Assembly (NCBI GenBank): GCA_963847185.1
Contig: CAWJYV010000008.1
Span: 224,001 to 288,000, forward strand
Length of the DNA: 64,000 nt
Direction of reading: 5' to 3'
Origin: an uncultured Methanosarcinaceae archaeon
GTDB lineage: Archaea; Halobacteriota; Methanosarcinia; Methanosarcinales; Methanosarcinaceae
The notes under the pieces are model-generated. The model searched no databases and was not told where the DNA came from. It was given only the letters and a program-made list of their open reading frames with translations. Below are positions 17,952 through 27,944 of this stretch, one piece after another (positions within the stretch are counted from its first letter, which is position 1; every line of letters starts with the position of its first letter). The position numbers and the translations under genes were made by a program.

Positions 17952-20297
17952 ATGGAGAGATACCAGGTTAAACATATGATGCAGAAGAACGGATACATGC
18001 GGTATTTTACAAAACAAAGCTGCTACCCTAATCAGGCAGAGGCTATGGAGAAAATTAACTCGGCTCTCCTGCAGGAAAAAATTGTGCTTTTTGAAGGGGC
18101 ATGTGGGACAGGCAAGACTCTGAGTGCGCTTGCCCCCGCATTGAGTGTGGGGACGAAACTCAATAAACTGGTCATTATAGTTACTAACGTTCATCAACAA
18201 ATGGTTCAGTTCATAAACGAAGCAAGAGAAATCTCCCAAAATAACAGCATAAAAACTATTGTGTTTAAGGGTAAGACTTCTATGTGCCCTGAAAATCTCG
18301 ACTACGAGGAATGTAAACTAAATGGAGAAAACACCTATGACCTCCTCGAGTTTGAAAGGGAAGTTGCTTCAAAGGAAAAAGAGCTTAAGGACGCCTATGA
18401 AAAGTACAAAAAGACAAAGGACCCTTCTCTTTATGCCTTAAGGAACGAGCTAGAAAAAGAAGTTGAAGAAGCCCGAAAAAAGGCTCAGTCTCTAAGGAGC
18501 CATTCCTGTCCGAAGCTTTATGAGGTACTGAAGTTTGAAGGAAGTGAGTTCTCTTCCTGGCTTTTCTCGGACGTAAGAAGTCCTGAGGAAGTTATGGAAT
18601 ACGCAGAAGACCGGGGAATGTGCGGGTATGAACTACTTAAAAAAGAACTCAAAAATGCCGAGCTTCTGATCTGCAATTTCCACCATGTGCTCAGTGCCGA
18701 TATTTTTATGACCCTTCTTAAATGGCTTGAAAAAACTCCAGAAGATATTATCCTCATTTTTGACGAAGCGCATAATATTGAATCTGCTGCTCGTTCTCAT
18801 TCTTCTATAATGCTTTCAGAGCTAACCATTGAAAAAGCTCTTTCTGAAGTAGGAGAAGTTCCTGATTCCGATAGTTCTCCTGCATTTGGGGGGAGAACTG
18901 TCCTAGGAAACGGCATTCCTCTTGATCAGGACTATACGGTCCGTTTCTATGCAAAAAAACTTTTTTCCTGCCTGCTGGCTGTTCTCAAGGATACGTACGA
19001 CTCTAAGTTGAAGTTCGGAGAAAGAAACAGGCTTGGAAAAAACTGGCAGGATATTCAGATCAGTGATCCCTATGAACGCCTTGATATCCTTAAAGCTCGT
19101 TTTTTGCGGGATGCGAAGAAGGAAGGATTTGCAGATGAAGAGCAGGTGCTTACTCGGCTTCGGGAAATAGGAGAATTCGGAGGCAGGCTGGAAGAAATTT
19201 ACGCTGAAAATTATAAAAAGGGACTTCTTGCCGTCCCTAAACGCTCCCAGATCAGGTACGTTGCCGATTTTCTATCCTCTTATCTGGTACTTTCTGACAG
19301 GCAAAATTACTATCCTATCTTAAACATTAGAAAAGACTTTAAAAGTGACAGGGTTGTCGGCAGGATCGAACTCTTCACGTGCATCCCTAAAAATGTGACT
19401 CAGCCTCTACTTGATTCCGTTTATTCCGCAGTGCTCATGTCGGCTACGCTTCGCCCTTTCGAGATGGTTAAATCCACACTTGGGATTTCGAGGGAAGTTG
19501 AAGAAATTGTTTATGCAACTACATTTCCTCAGGAAAAAAGGTTAACTCTTGCGGTTTCAATTCCTCCCCTTTTTTCGAAAAATAGGGATAGCCACGAGAC
19601 TCTGGAAAGTTTAAAAGAAACTCTCCTTGCAGCTACCGTTGCCTCTCCCGGGAATGTGATAATTTATTTCCAGAGCTATGCCGAAGCCCTACGCTATACA
19701 AAGCTTCTTGAACCCGAACTCTCTATTCCAATTTTTCTTGACGAAGTGGGAGTTTCAGCCCAGGAAATAAGGGAAAAGTTTTTCAAAATAGGTGAAGAGG
19801 GAAGAAAAGCTGTTCTTGTGACCTATCTCTGGGGGACGTTGAGTGAAGGCGTTGATTTCAGAGACAATCGCGGAAGGACGGTTATCGTTGTTGGAGTTGG
19901 ATATCCAGCTCTAAACGACAGAACCAAGGCTGTCGAGTCTGCATATGATATGGTTTTCGGTTGCGGAGAAGGCTGGGAATATGCAGTTCAGGTTCCGACA
20001 ATCAGAAAAGTCAGGCAGGCGATGGGAAGGGTAGTTCGTTCTCCAAAGGATTTTGGAGTCAGAATTCTCCTCGATTCTCGTTATCAAGGTTCCCAGATGC
20101 GCAAACTGGGCAAATTCTCTGTCTTTCAATACTTCCCTCCGGAAGAAAGAAGAGAATTTATTGATGTAGCTCCCAGAGATGTGGGAAGCCTGGTGGAAGA
20201 ATTTTTTGCAAATATAAAAAATAGTCCGGAAAAAAAGGAACAGGAATCTCCGGCTTCAAGCCGGCTGGAGTTTGGGAGCCTTGCTGAAAAGCTCTGA
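17952..20297 (+). CDS. ATP-dependent DNA helicase, XPD/Rad3/DinG family
   Basis: Walker A GACGTGKT, DEAH, SATL, SEGVDF, QAMGRVVR; start may be 17976/17979. Confidence 0.92.
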   Translation: MERYQVKHMMQKNGYMRYFTKQSCYPNQAEAMEKINSALLQEKIVLFEGACGTGKTLSALAPALSVGTKLNKLVIIVTNVHQQMVQFINEAREISQNNSIKTIVFKGKTSMCPENLDYEECKLNGENTYDLLEFEREVASKEKELKDAYEKYKKTKDPSLYALRNELEKEVEEARKKAQSLRSHSCPKLYEVLKFEGSEFSSWLFSDVRSPEEVMEYAEDRGMCGYELLKKELKNAELLICNFHHVLSADIFMTLLKWLEKTPEDIILIFDEAHNIESAARSHSSIMLSELTIEKALSEVGEVPDSDSSPAFGGRTVLGNGIPLDQDYTVRFYAKKLFSCLLAVLKDTYDSKLKFGERNRLGKNWQDIQISDPYERLDILKARFLRDAKKEGFADEEQVLTRLREIGEFGGRLEEIYAENYKKGLLAVPKRSQIRYVADFLSSYLVLSDRQNYYPILNIRKDFKSDRVVGRIELFTCIPKNVTQPLLDSVYSAVLMSATLRPFEMVKSTLGISREVEEIVYATTFPQEKRLTLAVSIPPLFSKNRDSHETLESLKETLLAATVASPGNVIIYFQSYAEALRYTKLLEPELSIPIFLDEVGVSAQEIREKFFKIGEEGRKAVLVTYLWGTLSEGVDFRDNRGRTVIVVGVGYPALNDRTKAVESAYDMVFGCGEGWEYAVQVPTIRKVRQAMGRVVRSPKDFGVRILLDSRYQGSQMRKLGKFSVFQYFPPEERREFIDVAPRDVGSLVEEFFANIKNSPEKKEQESPASSRLEFGSLAEKL

Positions 20298-20447
20298 AAT
20301 GTTTGAGCTTTCAAAATTTGAAACTTAAAAGTGTCTCTTTTGAAATACTAATCTAGGAATTATTGCATCATTTACAATATTATATTCAGAAGTTTTTTCT
20401 GGGATTGGAGATCCCAGAAGTCTGCAATTTGTTTCTAATGATTCCAC

Positions 20448-22136
20448 TTATGTTATTTTTATATAACCAGCTCTTGTCTTCGTCCCTGTTCCTGCTGCAT
20501 TGCTTGCTGTAAGCGTAATAGAGTATGTTCCTGCTTTTGAGTAAATATGCCTTGGGTTCTTGAGTGTTGAATATGTTCCATCTCCAAAACTCCATTTCCA
20601 GCCGTTGTGTGTGACTTGTACTTGCATCTGTAAAACCAATAGTTATAGGTGCCTTTCCTGAGGTTCTCGATGCCCAGAAGCTTACAACCGGTTTTGTTAC
20701 AGCTGTTGTTGTCGCTTTTATATAATTCGTTTTTGTTGTTGCATTGCTGCTACTTGCTGTTGAATTACTTACTGTAAGCGTAACCGTATAATTTCCTGCT
20801 GTTGAGTACGTATGCGTTGGGTTCTTTGCTGTTGAATTTCCTGTCCCATCTCCAAAATTCCAGTTCCATGTTGTTGGGTTTCCTGTGCTTGTGTCAGTAA
20901 ATGCTATGTTCAAGGGTACATTTCCTGAAGTCGCATATGGTAAAACTGGCAACGTGGTTTTGGCTACTGTTGATGTGACTGTTATATAATTTGTTTTTGT
21001 TGTGGTATTGCTGCTACCTGTTGTTGAATTAATTACTGTAAGTGTTACTGTGTAATTTCCTGCTGTCGAATAGGTATGTGTTGGGTTCTTTGCTGTTGAG
21101 TTTACTGTCCCGTCTCCGAAGTTCCAGTTCCATGCGTGGGTGTTCCTGTACTTGTGTCGGTAAATGCTACGTTCAGGGGTACATTTCCTGAGGTAGCGTT
21201 GCTGGCAAAGCTTGCAACAGGAGGCTGTGGGTTAGGGGAAGCAGAAGTAATTACTAGAGGAAGCTTGTCTGAATTGGTACTTCCTGTTATACTTTCATAT
21301 GGTGAATCTGAAATTCCATCCCCATTCGCATCAACTGCAGTTTGTGAAAATCCTGTTCCGTCGGGTTTTCCCCAGAAATTTCCTCCTATATACGGTCCTC
21401 CGACAATGTTAGTACCTGCTGTTTTTGTGGTGCTGTAGGAGTTCCCTATTCCATTTCGAATAGTCATATTGATGTTATTGAAGTAGTTGTTGTAAACACT
21501 GTTTCCGTCGCTCAGTCCGCAAATAAAGATACCGTAAACACTGTTGCTTTGGACTTTGTTGGTTGAAAGTATATTATTGTCAGAGGTGCCAAAATAAACT
21601 CCTCTCTGATTTCCAGAAGCCGTATTTCCTGAAATAGTATTGCCTGTTGCACTTTGAAGTGCAATTCCGAATTCTCCACTACTGGCAACATTATTCTTTG
21701 AAACCGTAGTTCCACTGGTCCTCAGGAGAAAGATTCCACGAGCGTTGTTCACAAGTATGTTATTTTCAACTATACAGTTACTGCATGAAGACAGATTGAT
21801 TCCTGCGTAGGGAGATTTGTTTGACCCACTTATTTTGAATCCGCTGATTTTTATGTTGCTTCCCTGCAGAAGAAAAACATTTGAGCTTGCAATCTTGTAT
21901 TTTATTATCGTATTATCAGGATTTCCGGATTCCGACCTGATCGTGATAGCCTTGGTTACTTTGATATTTTCTGTATAAGTGCCGGGCTTTACAGTTATTG
22001 TGTCTCCTGGACTTGAACTGTTAACTGCAGCTTGTATTGAACCACCTGGTTGAACAAAAATCTCAGCCGCAGTTCCAATACCTGATATTAATATTAAAAT
22101 AAGAACAGCTAATAGTAACGTTGTTAACTTGCCTAT
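20448..22136 (-). pseudogene. Frameshifted NosD (beta-helix) + 3x PKD surface protein
   Basis: RBS GGAGGA + ATA start (22136), signal peptide, GGSIQAAVN, GGNFWGKPDG, WNFGDG/WSFGDG PKD motifs split over frames by indels near 21820, 21135, 20935-20955 and 20610. Confidence 0.85.
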
Positions 22137-22857
22137 TTTGATTCCTCCGTTATTAATTTTTCAAAAAAATGATGCTTATTTTTTATTATGTAATATTCTC
22201 TACTCTACTCCCACTCAGCCAAAAACCAATATCGCTCTATATTTCAAATGACTTATTATATAGTAAATTTCTTTGTACAAATTTCCTTAATTGGGCGAGA
22301 ATGAACATAACCTAATATAAACATTCTGATTTTAAACGATGGGTTTATATAAAAAACACTACATAAAAAAATTAGTAAATCAGTGATTTATTTCGAAAGG
22401 GGTAATATTACTTTATTTAAACTAACATAATACAACAAAGACGATGAAGGGGTAATTTCTCTTTCTACGATTTTTATCAAAGCATGAGATCTCTTTGCCT
22501 CTTACAGTAATTTCAGTATAATTTTCACAGTGAAAAATCTAGATAATTTTATTTTGTTTCCTTTCTTTTGCCTTATTTTACTTAATTTTATACAAAAAAA
22601 TTTCTCACTCTCAACAACTGAGTCCAAATTAAAATTTGATCCTTTAAATAAAAAAAGAATAATAACTATGTAAACAATCCATTTAACAAATATTTAGGGA
22701 GATTGTGCAAAATAAAATATAGGTCATTGGAATAATTGCTATAGGATTACTTAAATACAATCAAGTTAAAATTAAGCAAATATATTGAATATAAAAACAT
22801 AGAAAATCTTTATTATCCTATAAATGAAACCATATAGCAAAACAAGGGGATGAAACG

Positions 22858-23319
22858 ATGGGTGTAGAAGCAACTATCAAAGAGATTGCAAGTGAACTTG
22901 AAAGAATCGCGAATACAAAGACTGTTGTTGGAGAACCTATTACTGCTTCTGGGAAAACAATAATTCCCATTTCAAGAATTACAATGGGTTTTGGAGCCGG
23001 AGGCGGAGAGGGCAAGAAAGACACCGAGTCCGGATATGGAGGAGGTGGGGGCGCAGGTGCGAAAATTGAACCTGTAGCTTTTATTATGATTTCTGAGGAC
23101 GAAGCAAGAATCTTTCGGGTCTCGGAGAGAAACGATGTCGGGTCTGTTCTTGGTTCCATCCCGGATCTCGTGCCTGAGCTAATAGATAAGCTGAAAGGTA
23201 TAAAAGGCAAGCATAAAAAAGAAGAGAAACCTGAAGTGAAGACAGAAACAGAGTTTCAGGGAAAAGAAAAGGTAGAGTCTACTGAGGTTCCCGTTGGAAA
23301 AGGGGAATGTTTCCAGTAA
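22858..23319 (+). CDS. GerW/YtfJ family protein
   Basis: KTVVGEPI, IIPISRITMGFGAGGGEG, GGGGGAGAKIEPVAFI. Confidence 0.9.
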   Translation: MGVEATIKEIASELERIANTKTVVGEPITASGKTIIPISRITMGFGAGGGEGKKDTESGYGGGGGAGAKIEPVAFIMISEDEARIFRVSERNDVGSVLGSIPDLVPELIDKLKGIKGKHKKEEKPEVKTETEFQGKEKVESTEVPVGKGECFQ

Positions 23320-23423
23320 ATTCTTTCAAAATCGAATCTTAAGGGATTTTCCAGGAACTGATACTAAAAGGTTAGAGCTTTTGGGATAGTCAGAACTATC
23401 CTTTTTCTCTAAGTCTCTTTGAT

Positions 23424-24302
23424 ATGCTGTTCATAATTTATCTCCTCGTTCTGGCTCTTCTGCTGATATTATTCATACTTTTTACAGCAATAGGTCTCAC
23501 TTTCAAGCTTAAGATTTTAAGTTTTGGGGAGAAGAAAGAATTTGGAGGCATATTAACTGTAAAATGGCTGTTTTTTTCCCGTACTTTTTCAATAGAAGAG
23601 CCGAAGGAAAAAGAAATTCCTTTTGAAGAACCTGAAAAGTCAAATAACGAAATAGTATCAGGAGTAGATGCAGAAAGAAGAAGCGTAGGCTCAGAGAGTC
23701 TGCAACCTGAAAAGGGTCCAGGGCAGAATGAACCTAGAGCAGAAGACCTCCAAAAAACAGAATATGACATGCAAGTAGAAAAAAGCAGAGAAATTGAAGA
23801 AAAGGAAGGTAAAATAGAGTCTGAAGAAGGAATGACCACTAGAGAAATACTTCACTGGGGCCTGGAAGCATTTAAATCTCTTAAAAAACCTTTATTCCAT
23901 CTTTTTTCTGACCTTCTAAATGGGGTAAAAATCAGGCGCCTTGAATCTTACCTTACTTTTGGCCTTTCCAATCCAGCAGATACGGGCATTCTCTGTGGTT
24001 TTATCCATTCTATTGCGGGATTGGTCTACAGTCGTTGCAGTTACTGCAGTTTTTCTATTAATCCGGTGTTCATGTGCCCAGTGCTGGACTTCAGGGGAAA
24101 TGGAGAGGTCCGTGTAAAGATACATTCTTTGATTTTCCCATTCATTAAATTTATATTAAACGGGAAAACTTTATCTTTTACTTATTCGATTGCTAAGGAG
24201 ATACTTCAGCGGAAATGGAAATCTGAATGGAAATTTAAATTGAAATCTAAATTGAAATCTAAATGGAAATTTAAAAGGAAAGATAACTCCGAAGCTTTAT
24301 GA
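23424..24302 (+). CDS. DUF2953 (YtfI-like) membrane protein
   Basis: N-terminal TM; FGLSNPADTGILCG and INPVF motifs; usual partner of ytfJ. Confidence 0.8.
   Translation: MLFIIYLLVLALLLILFILFTAIGLTFKLKILSFGEKKEFGGILTVKWLFFSRTFSIEEPKEKEIPFEEPEKSNNEIVSGVDAERRSVGSESLQPEKGPGQNEPRAEDLQKTEYDMQVEKSREIEEKEGKIESEEGMTTREILHWGLEAFKSLKKPLFHLFSDLLNGVKIRRLESYLTFGLSNPADTGILCGFIHSIAGLVYSRCSYCSFSINPVFMCPVLDFRGNGEVRVKIHSLIFPFIKFILNGKTLSFTYSIAKEILQRKWKSEWKFKLKSKLKSKWKFKRKDNSEAL
24213..24284 (+). repeat. Coding 12-bp minisatellite x6 (KWKS/EWKF/KLKS...)
   Basis: AAATGGAAATCT-like units repeated six times. Confidence 0.85.
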
Positions 24303-24327
24303 ATAGGTAATGAGGATACAGATAAAC

Positions 24328-25293
24328 ATGATTAAAGTAGTGTCTCCATCCAGACTGCATCTTACCCTGATAGACCTCAATGCAGAGATTGGCAGGGTCG
24401 ATGGGGGAGCAGGAATCACCCTGGAATCTCCCGGCCTGGAACTTTCGGCAGCTGAAGCAGATTCTGTCGAAGTCTTCGGGGATTCTTTTCTCGCAAGCAA
24501 AATGCGAAAAGCCGCAGAAGCTCTGCTTCCTGCAGGAAAAGGAATCAAGCTCCATATTGAAGAATGTCTTCCCGATCACGTAGGACTCGGTTCAGGGACT
24601 CAGGCTGCACTTTCGGCAGCTGCAGCCGTAAATAACATTTACGGACTTGGGAAGAGTGTTCGGGAGCTTGCAGTTGCCGTGGGTAGAGGTGGGACTTCAG
24701 GTATAGGGGTTGCTGCCTTTGAAAGCGGCGGCTTCATTCTCGATGGGGGACACAAGTTTAAGGAAAAACGTGCTTTTTCTCCTTCTGCAGCCAGTCACGT
24801 ACCTCCTGGTCCTGTGCTTTTCAGAAGAGACTTTCCGGATTGGCCTATTGTCCTGGCAATCCCTAATGCAAAAGGAGCTTACGATGCAAAAGAGGTGGAT
24901 CTCTTTAAAAAGTTCTGTCCCATCCCTCTTTCCGAAGTTCAGGAGATCTCTCATGTAATCCTTATGCAGATGCTCCCTGCACTTGTAGAAGAAGACCTGG
25001 AAAGTTTCGGAAAGGCGATTAATCACTTCCAGACTGTTGGTTTTAAGAGACGAGAAGTGGAGCTTCAGACAAAGCCTGTTCTGGATATAATGAAGTACAT
25101 GCAGGATAACGGAGCAAGCGGCTCAGGAATCAGTTCTTTCGGTCCGGTAGTTTACGGGATAGTTGGCAGTATTGGAGAAGGCAAAAAACTTCAGCAAGAA
25201 ACTCAAAAGATGCTTGATGAGTCTCTTGGAGGAAGAGTATTGCTTACAAAGGCTAAAAACCGGGGTGCGGATATCTTCGGGGGTCCGGATTGA
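24328..25293 (+). CDS. mptG: Beta-ribofuranosylaminobenzene 5'-phosphate synthase (methanopterin pathway, GHMP fold)
   Basis: SPSRLHLTLIDL, HVGLGSGTQ, GRGGTSGIGV, SSFGP; alternative ATG 24310. Confidence 0.93.
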   Translation: MIKVVSPSRLHLTLIDLNAEIGRVDGGAGITLESPGLELSAAEADSVEVFGDSFLASKMRKAAEALLPAGKGIKLHIEECLPDHVGLGSGTQAALSAAAAVNNIYGLGKSVRELAVAVGRGGTSGIGVAAFESGGFILDGGHKFKEKRAFSPSAASHVPPGPVLFRRDFPDWPIVLAIPNAKGAYDAKEVDLFKKFCPIPLSEVQEISHVILMQMLPALVEEDLESFGKAINHFQTVGFKRREVELQTKPVLDIMKYMQDNGASGSGISSFGPVVYGIVGSIGEGKKLQQETQKMLDESLGGRVLLTKAKNRGADIFGGPD

Positions 25294-26294
25294 AAATCAA
25301 TACCTGGTTTGGAGTTCTCGAGATCAGCGGGACTGGAGAAATTCTGGAATCCGAGCTTTTTTCAAAAGATATTCGAGAACTTGCTATCCGTTCTCTTTCT
25401 TTAAGAGAAATAAGGCAGAACCTCCCGCCTGCAGGCTTTGACCTGAAAGCTGCAGCTCTTGAGTGTGGGTTTGCGGATTCTTCTGCCGAATACTACTCTC
25501 TTTTGCACGAAGTAACTCTGGATGCTGCAAAAATTCAGGTTTCAGGAGCTCTTACCCCTGACCAGCGGATCATTCAGGCAGTAGAAGCCCTCGATGATAT
25601 TAATGAAACTGCAAACTCCCTTTCTGAAAGGCTTTTTGAATGGTATGGAGGGTATTTTCCCGAAAGCGGGCTGAGCGGAGAATCCCTTGCCATTTTCGTC
25701 ACGAAATACGGTTCTCGTGAGAATATTGGCTCTGAAGACTCTCTTTATTCTAAAGCCAGGGATTCCATGGGTGCAAAACTCGAAGTTGAAGATGAGGCCC
25801 TTCTTAAAGGTTTTGCAGAAAACGTTTCTAGCCTTTATGAAAGGAAGAGGCAGATAGAAGTTTATATCGAGAACAGCATGGAGGCGGTTGCACCCAACTT
25901 GAATATTATTGCAGGCCCTACTCTTGGAGCAAGATTGATAAGCATTGCCGGAAGCCTTGAAAAGCTTGCTGCTTTTCCTTCCAGCACCATTCAGGTCATA
26001 GGGGCAAGTAAGGCTCTCTTCAAACACCTTCGGGCCAGGGCTCCCTCTCCCAAGCACGGAATTATTTATAGTCATCCTATTATAAATACTGCGCCTTGGT
26101 GGATAAGAGGAAAGATTGCAAGAGCCCTTGCAGCAAAGCTGTCTCTTGCTGCGAGGATTGACTTTTACTCAGGAAAGAAAGATCCTTCCCTTACAGGAAA
26201 ACTTGAAATGAAAGTCCAGCAGATAAGGACTTCTAACCCCAGACCTCCTCAAAAAAAGCAGGTAAGTGGGGTAAAGAAGAAGAGGAGGAAGTAA
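25290..26294 (+). CDS. nop5: Box C/D RNP protein Nop5 (Nop56/58)
   Basis: ERLFEWYG, APNL, GARLISIAGSL, PSSTIQVIGA, SPKHGIIY; adjacent to fibrillarin. Confidence 0.95.
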   Translation: MKINTWFGVLEISGTGEILESELFSKDIRELAIRSLSLREIRQNLPPAGFDLKAAALECGFADSSAEYYSLLHEVTLDAAKIQVSGALTPDQRIIQAVEALDDINETANSLSERLFEWYGGYFPESGLSGESLAIFVTKYGSRENIGSEDSLYSKARDSMGAKLEVEDEALLKGFAENVSSLYERKRQIEVYIENSMEAVAPNLNIIAGPTLGARLISIAGSLEKLAAFPSSTIQVIGASKALFKHLRARAPSPKHGIIYSHPIINTAPWWIRGKIARALAAKLSLAARIDFYSGKKDPSLTGKLEMKVQQIRTSNPRPPQKKQVSGVKKKRRK

Positions 26295-26975
26295 ATGCCT
26301 GAAGTCAGAACACTCTCTGATGGAATTTTCGAGGTTATAAAAGACAAAAAACAGCTTGCTACAAGGAACCTTGATATAGGCAAGGTAGTCTACGGAGAAA
26401 AGCTAATTACAGCTGAAGGGGTTGAATATAGGACCTGGGACCCCCGCCGGAGCAAGCTTGGAGCCATGGTTCTTAAGAAATTTAATATTTCTCTGAAGGA
26501 AAACTCAAAAGTTCTTTACCTTGGGGCGGCTTCAGGTACAACCGTCAGCCATGTTTCTGATATCCTCTCAGAAGGTGCAGTCTATGCTGTTGAGTTTGCC
26601 CCGCGTAGTATGAGAGATCTCATAGGACTTGCATCTAGAAGGAAAAATGTCTACCCTATTCTGGCTGATGCGGGAAGACCGGATAGTTACGCTCATATTG
26701 TTGAGCCTGTGGATCTTATTTTTCAGGACGTTGCCCAGCCTAACCAGGCAGAGATAGCTTCAAGGAATGCTGCTCGTTTTTTGAAAAAAAATGGGTTTTT
26801 ACTACTTTCTATCAAAGCTCGAAGCATTGACACTGTAGCAGATCCTAAAGAGGTATTTACGGACGAAGTAAAAAAACTGGAAAAGGCTTTTGAACCTAAA
26901 TTCGAAATCCTCAATGCAAAGGACCTTATGCCCTATCACGAAGATCACCTGGGAGTTCTGGCAAAGTTGAGATAA
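26295..26975 (+). CDS. flpA: Fibrillarin-like rRNA/tRNA 2'-O-methyltransferase
   Basis: EYRTWDPRRSKL, VLYLGAASGTTVSHVSD, QDVAQPNQ. Confidence 0.97.
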   Translation: MPEVRTLSDGIFEVIKDKKQLATRNLDIGKVVYGEKLITAEGVEYRTWDPRRSKLGAMVLKKFNISLKENSKVLYLGAASGTTVSHVSDILSEGAVYAVEFAPRSMRDLIGLASRRKNVYPILADAGRPDSYAHIVEPVDLIFQDVAQPNQAEIASRNAARFLKKNGFLLLSIKARSIDTVADPKEVFTDEVKKLEKAFEPKFEILNAKDLMPYHEDHLGVLAKLR

Positions 26976-27349
26976 AACACCTGTTTTTAAGTGTTTTCCA
27001 TATCTTTTAAGATATATATTTGATTTTTCAGGAGTATCCTCAGATCCTTTTAAGATTTCACATCAGGTACTACAATAACGAGATCATACAAAGCTCTCTA
27101 CAATGCATTACCTTGCTGTAGTGAATTGTATTTGTGCTTAGAGATTCAAATGCTGTCACTTACTTGATCCTGAAAAACGATAAAGTTATTGAAAACGTAT
27201 GCCTGAACAGATTGGGATATGCTTGAGGAAAGGATTTTTTGACATCTAATTTTTCAATGGCTTTCAAATTTTGTGCATAAAAATATTATTTGTTACAAAG
27301 CAACTTTTGGGGCAATTAATTTGAAATATTTTCTGATATATTGCTATAT

Positions 27350-27550
27350 TGTAGTTGGGAAGTGAGATTGGGGTATTCGCCAAGATAAGTAAATGAATCG
27401 CCTGGGGCTCTTAATTTACTCTGGTTATTATGCTTGGGGGAGCATAATCAGGAGTGACTGCATTGGGGGATGCAGTAACAGAACAATAGAGTCTCCAGGC
27501 TTCCTCTCTTAGTTTCTTTGTTCTTATCTTCTTTGTTTTTCTCTCTGTTT
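27350..27550 (+). ncRNA. Candidate sRNA with twin UGGGGG-loop hairpins
   Basis: ATTATGCT-TGGGGG-AGCATAAT (27427-27448) and ACTGCAT-TGGGGG-ATGCAGT (27457-27476) enclosed by stem 27400-27411/27488-27500; U-rich tail; boundaries approximate. Confidence 0.55.
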
Positions 27551-27593
27551 TCATCAGTTTCCCATTAATTCTCACTACTTATTTACTATTCCT

Positions 27594-27833
27594 TCACTGT
27601 AATTTTCTAGCCCTGGACCTTTTTCCTGTAACTTTAAAAGTAGTCACAAATGGGCGTTTAATTGGGAAAGTTATCCCTTCTTCCTCAATATAAAGTTCAA
27701 CGGCTTCTTTCAGGTTTGAAACAGCTTCTTCAATTGTTTCTCCCTGACTTGACACATCAAGTTCAAGGCAAAAGGATACGTATTGTTCACCTTCCTTATG
27801 CACAATTGCAGAAAATGTAAACGTCTCTTTCAT
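27594..27833 (-). CDS. hicB: HicB-family antitoxin (UPF0150), no adjacent hicA
   Basis: YVSFCLELDVSSQGETIEEAVSNLKEAVELY. Confidence 0.85.
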   Translation of the reverse strand: MKETFTFSAIVHKEGEQYVSFCLELDVSSQGETIEEAVSNLKEAVELYIEEEGITFPIKRPFVTTFKVTGKRSRARKLQ

Positions 27834-27944
27834 CCTTTTGCAATAATGCAGTCTTTATGTTAAATATTTCGTAAAATATTGTTTAGATTATCAATCCACG
27901 TAACCTTCAGGCAGAGTTTTACTTTCTTTGCTTGTTTATTCTAA

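Noticed and set aside
26985-27280. Minus-strand remnant resembling either a tyrosine recombinase (YPNLFRHTFS) or a DUF86/HepT toxin (MSKNPFLKHI...KDLRILLKNQI)
   Set aside because: Two incompatible weak resemblances with stops and no complete motif; needs TBLASTN to decide.
27440-27560. Box C/D guide or hammerhead ribozyme from CTGATGA on the minus strand near nop5-flpA
   Set aside because: No D box at guide-RNA distance and no stem II/GAAA core.
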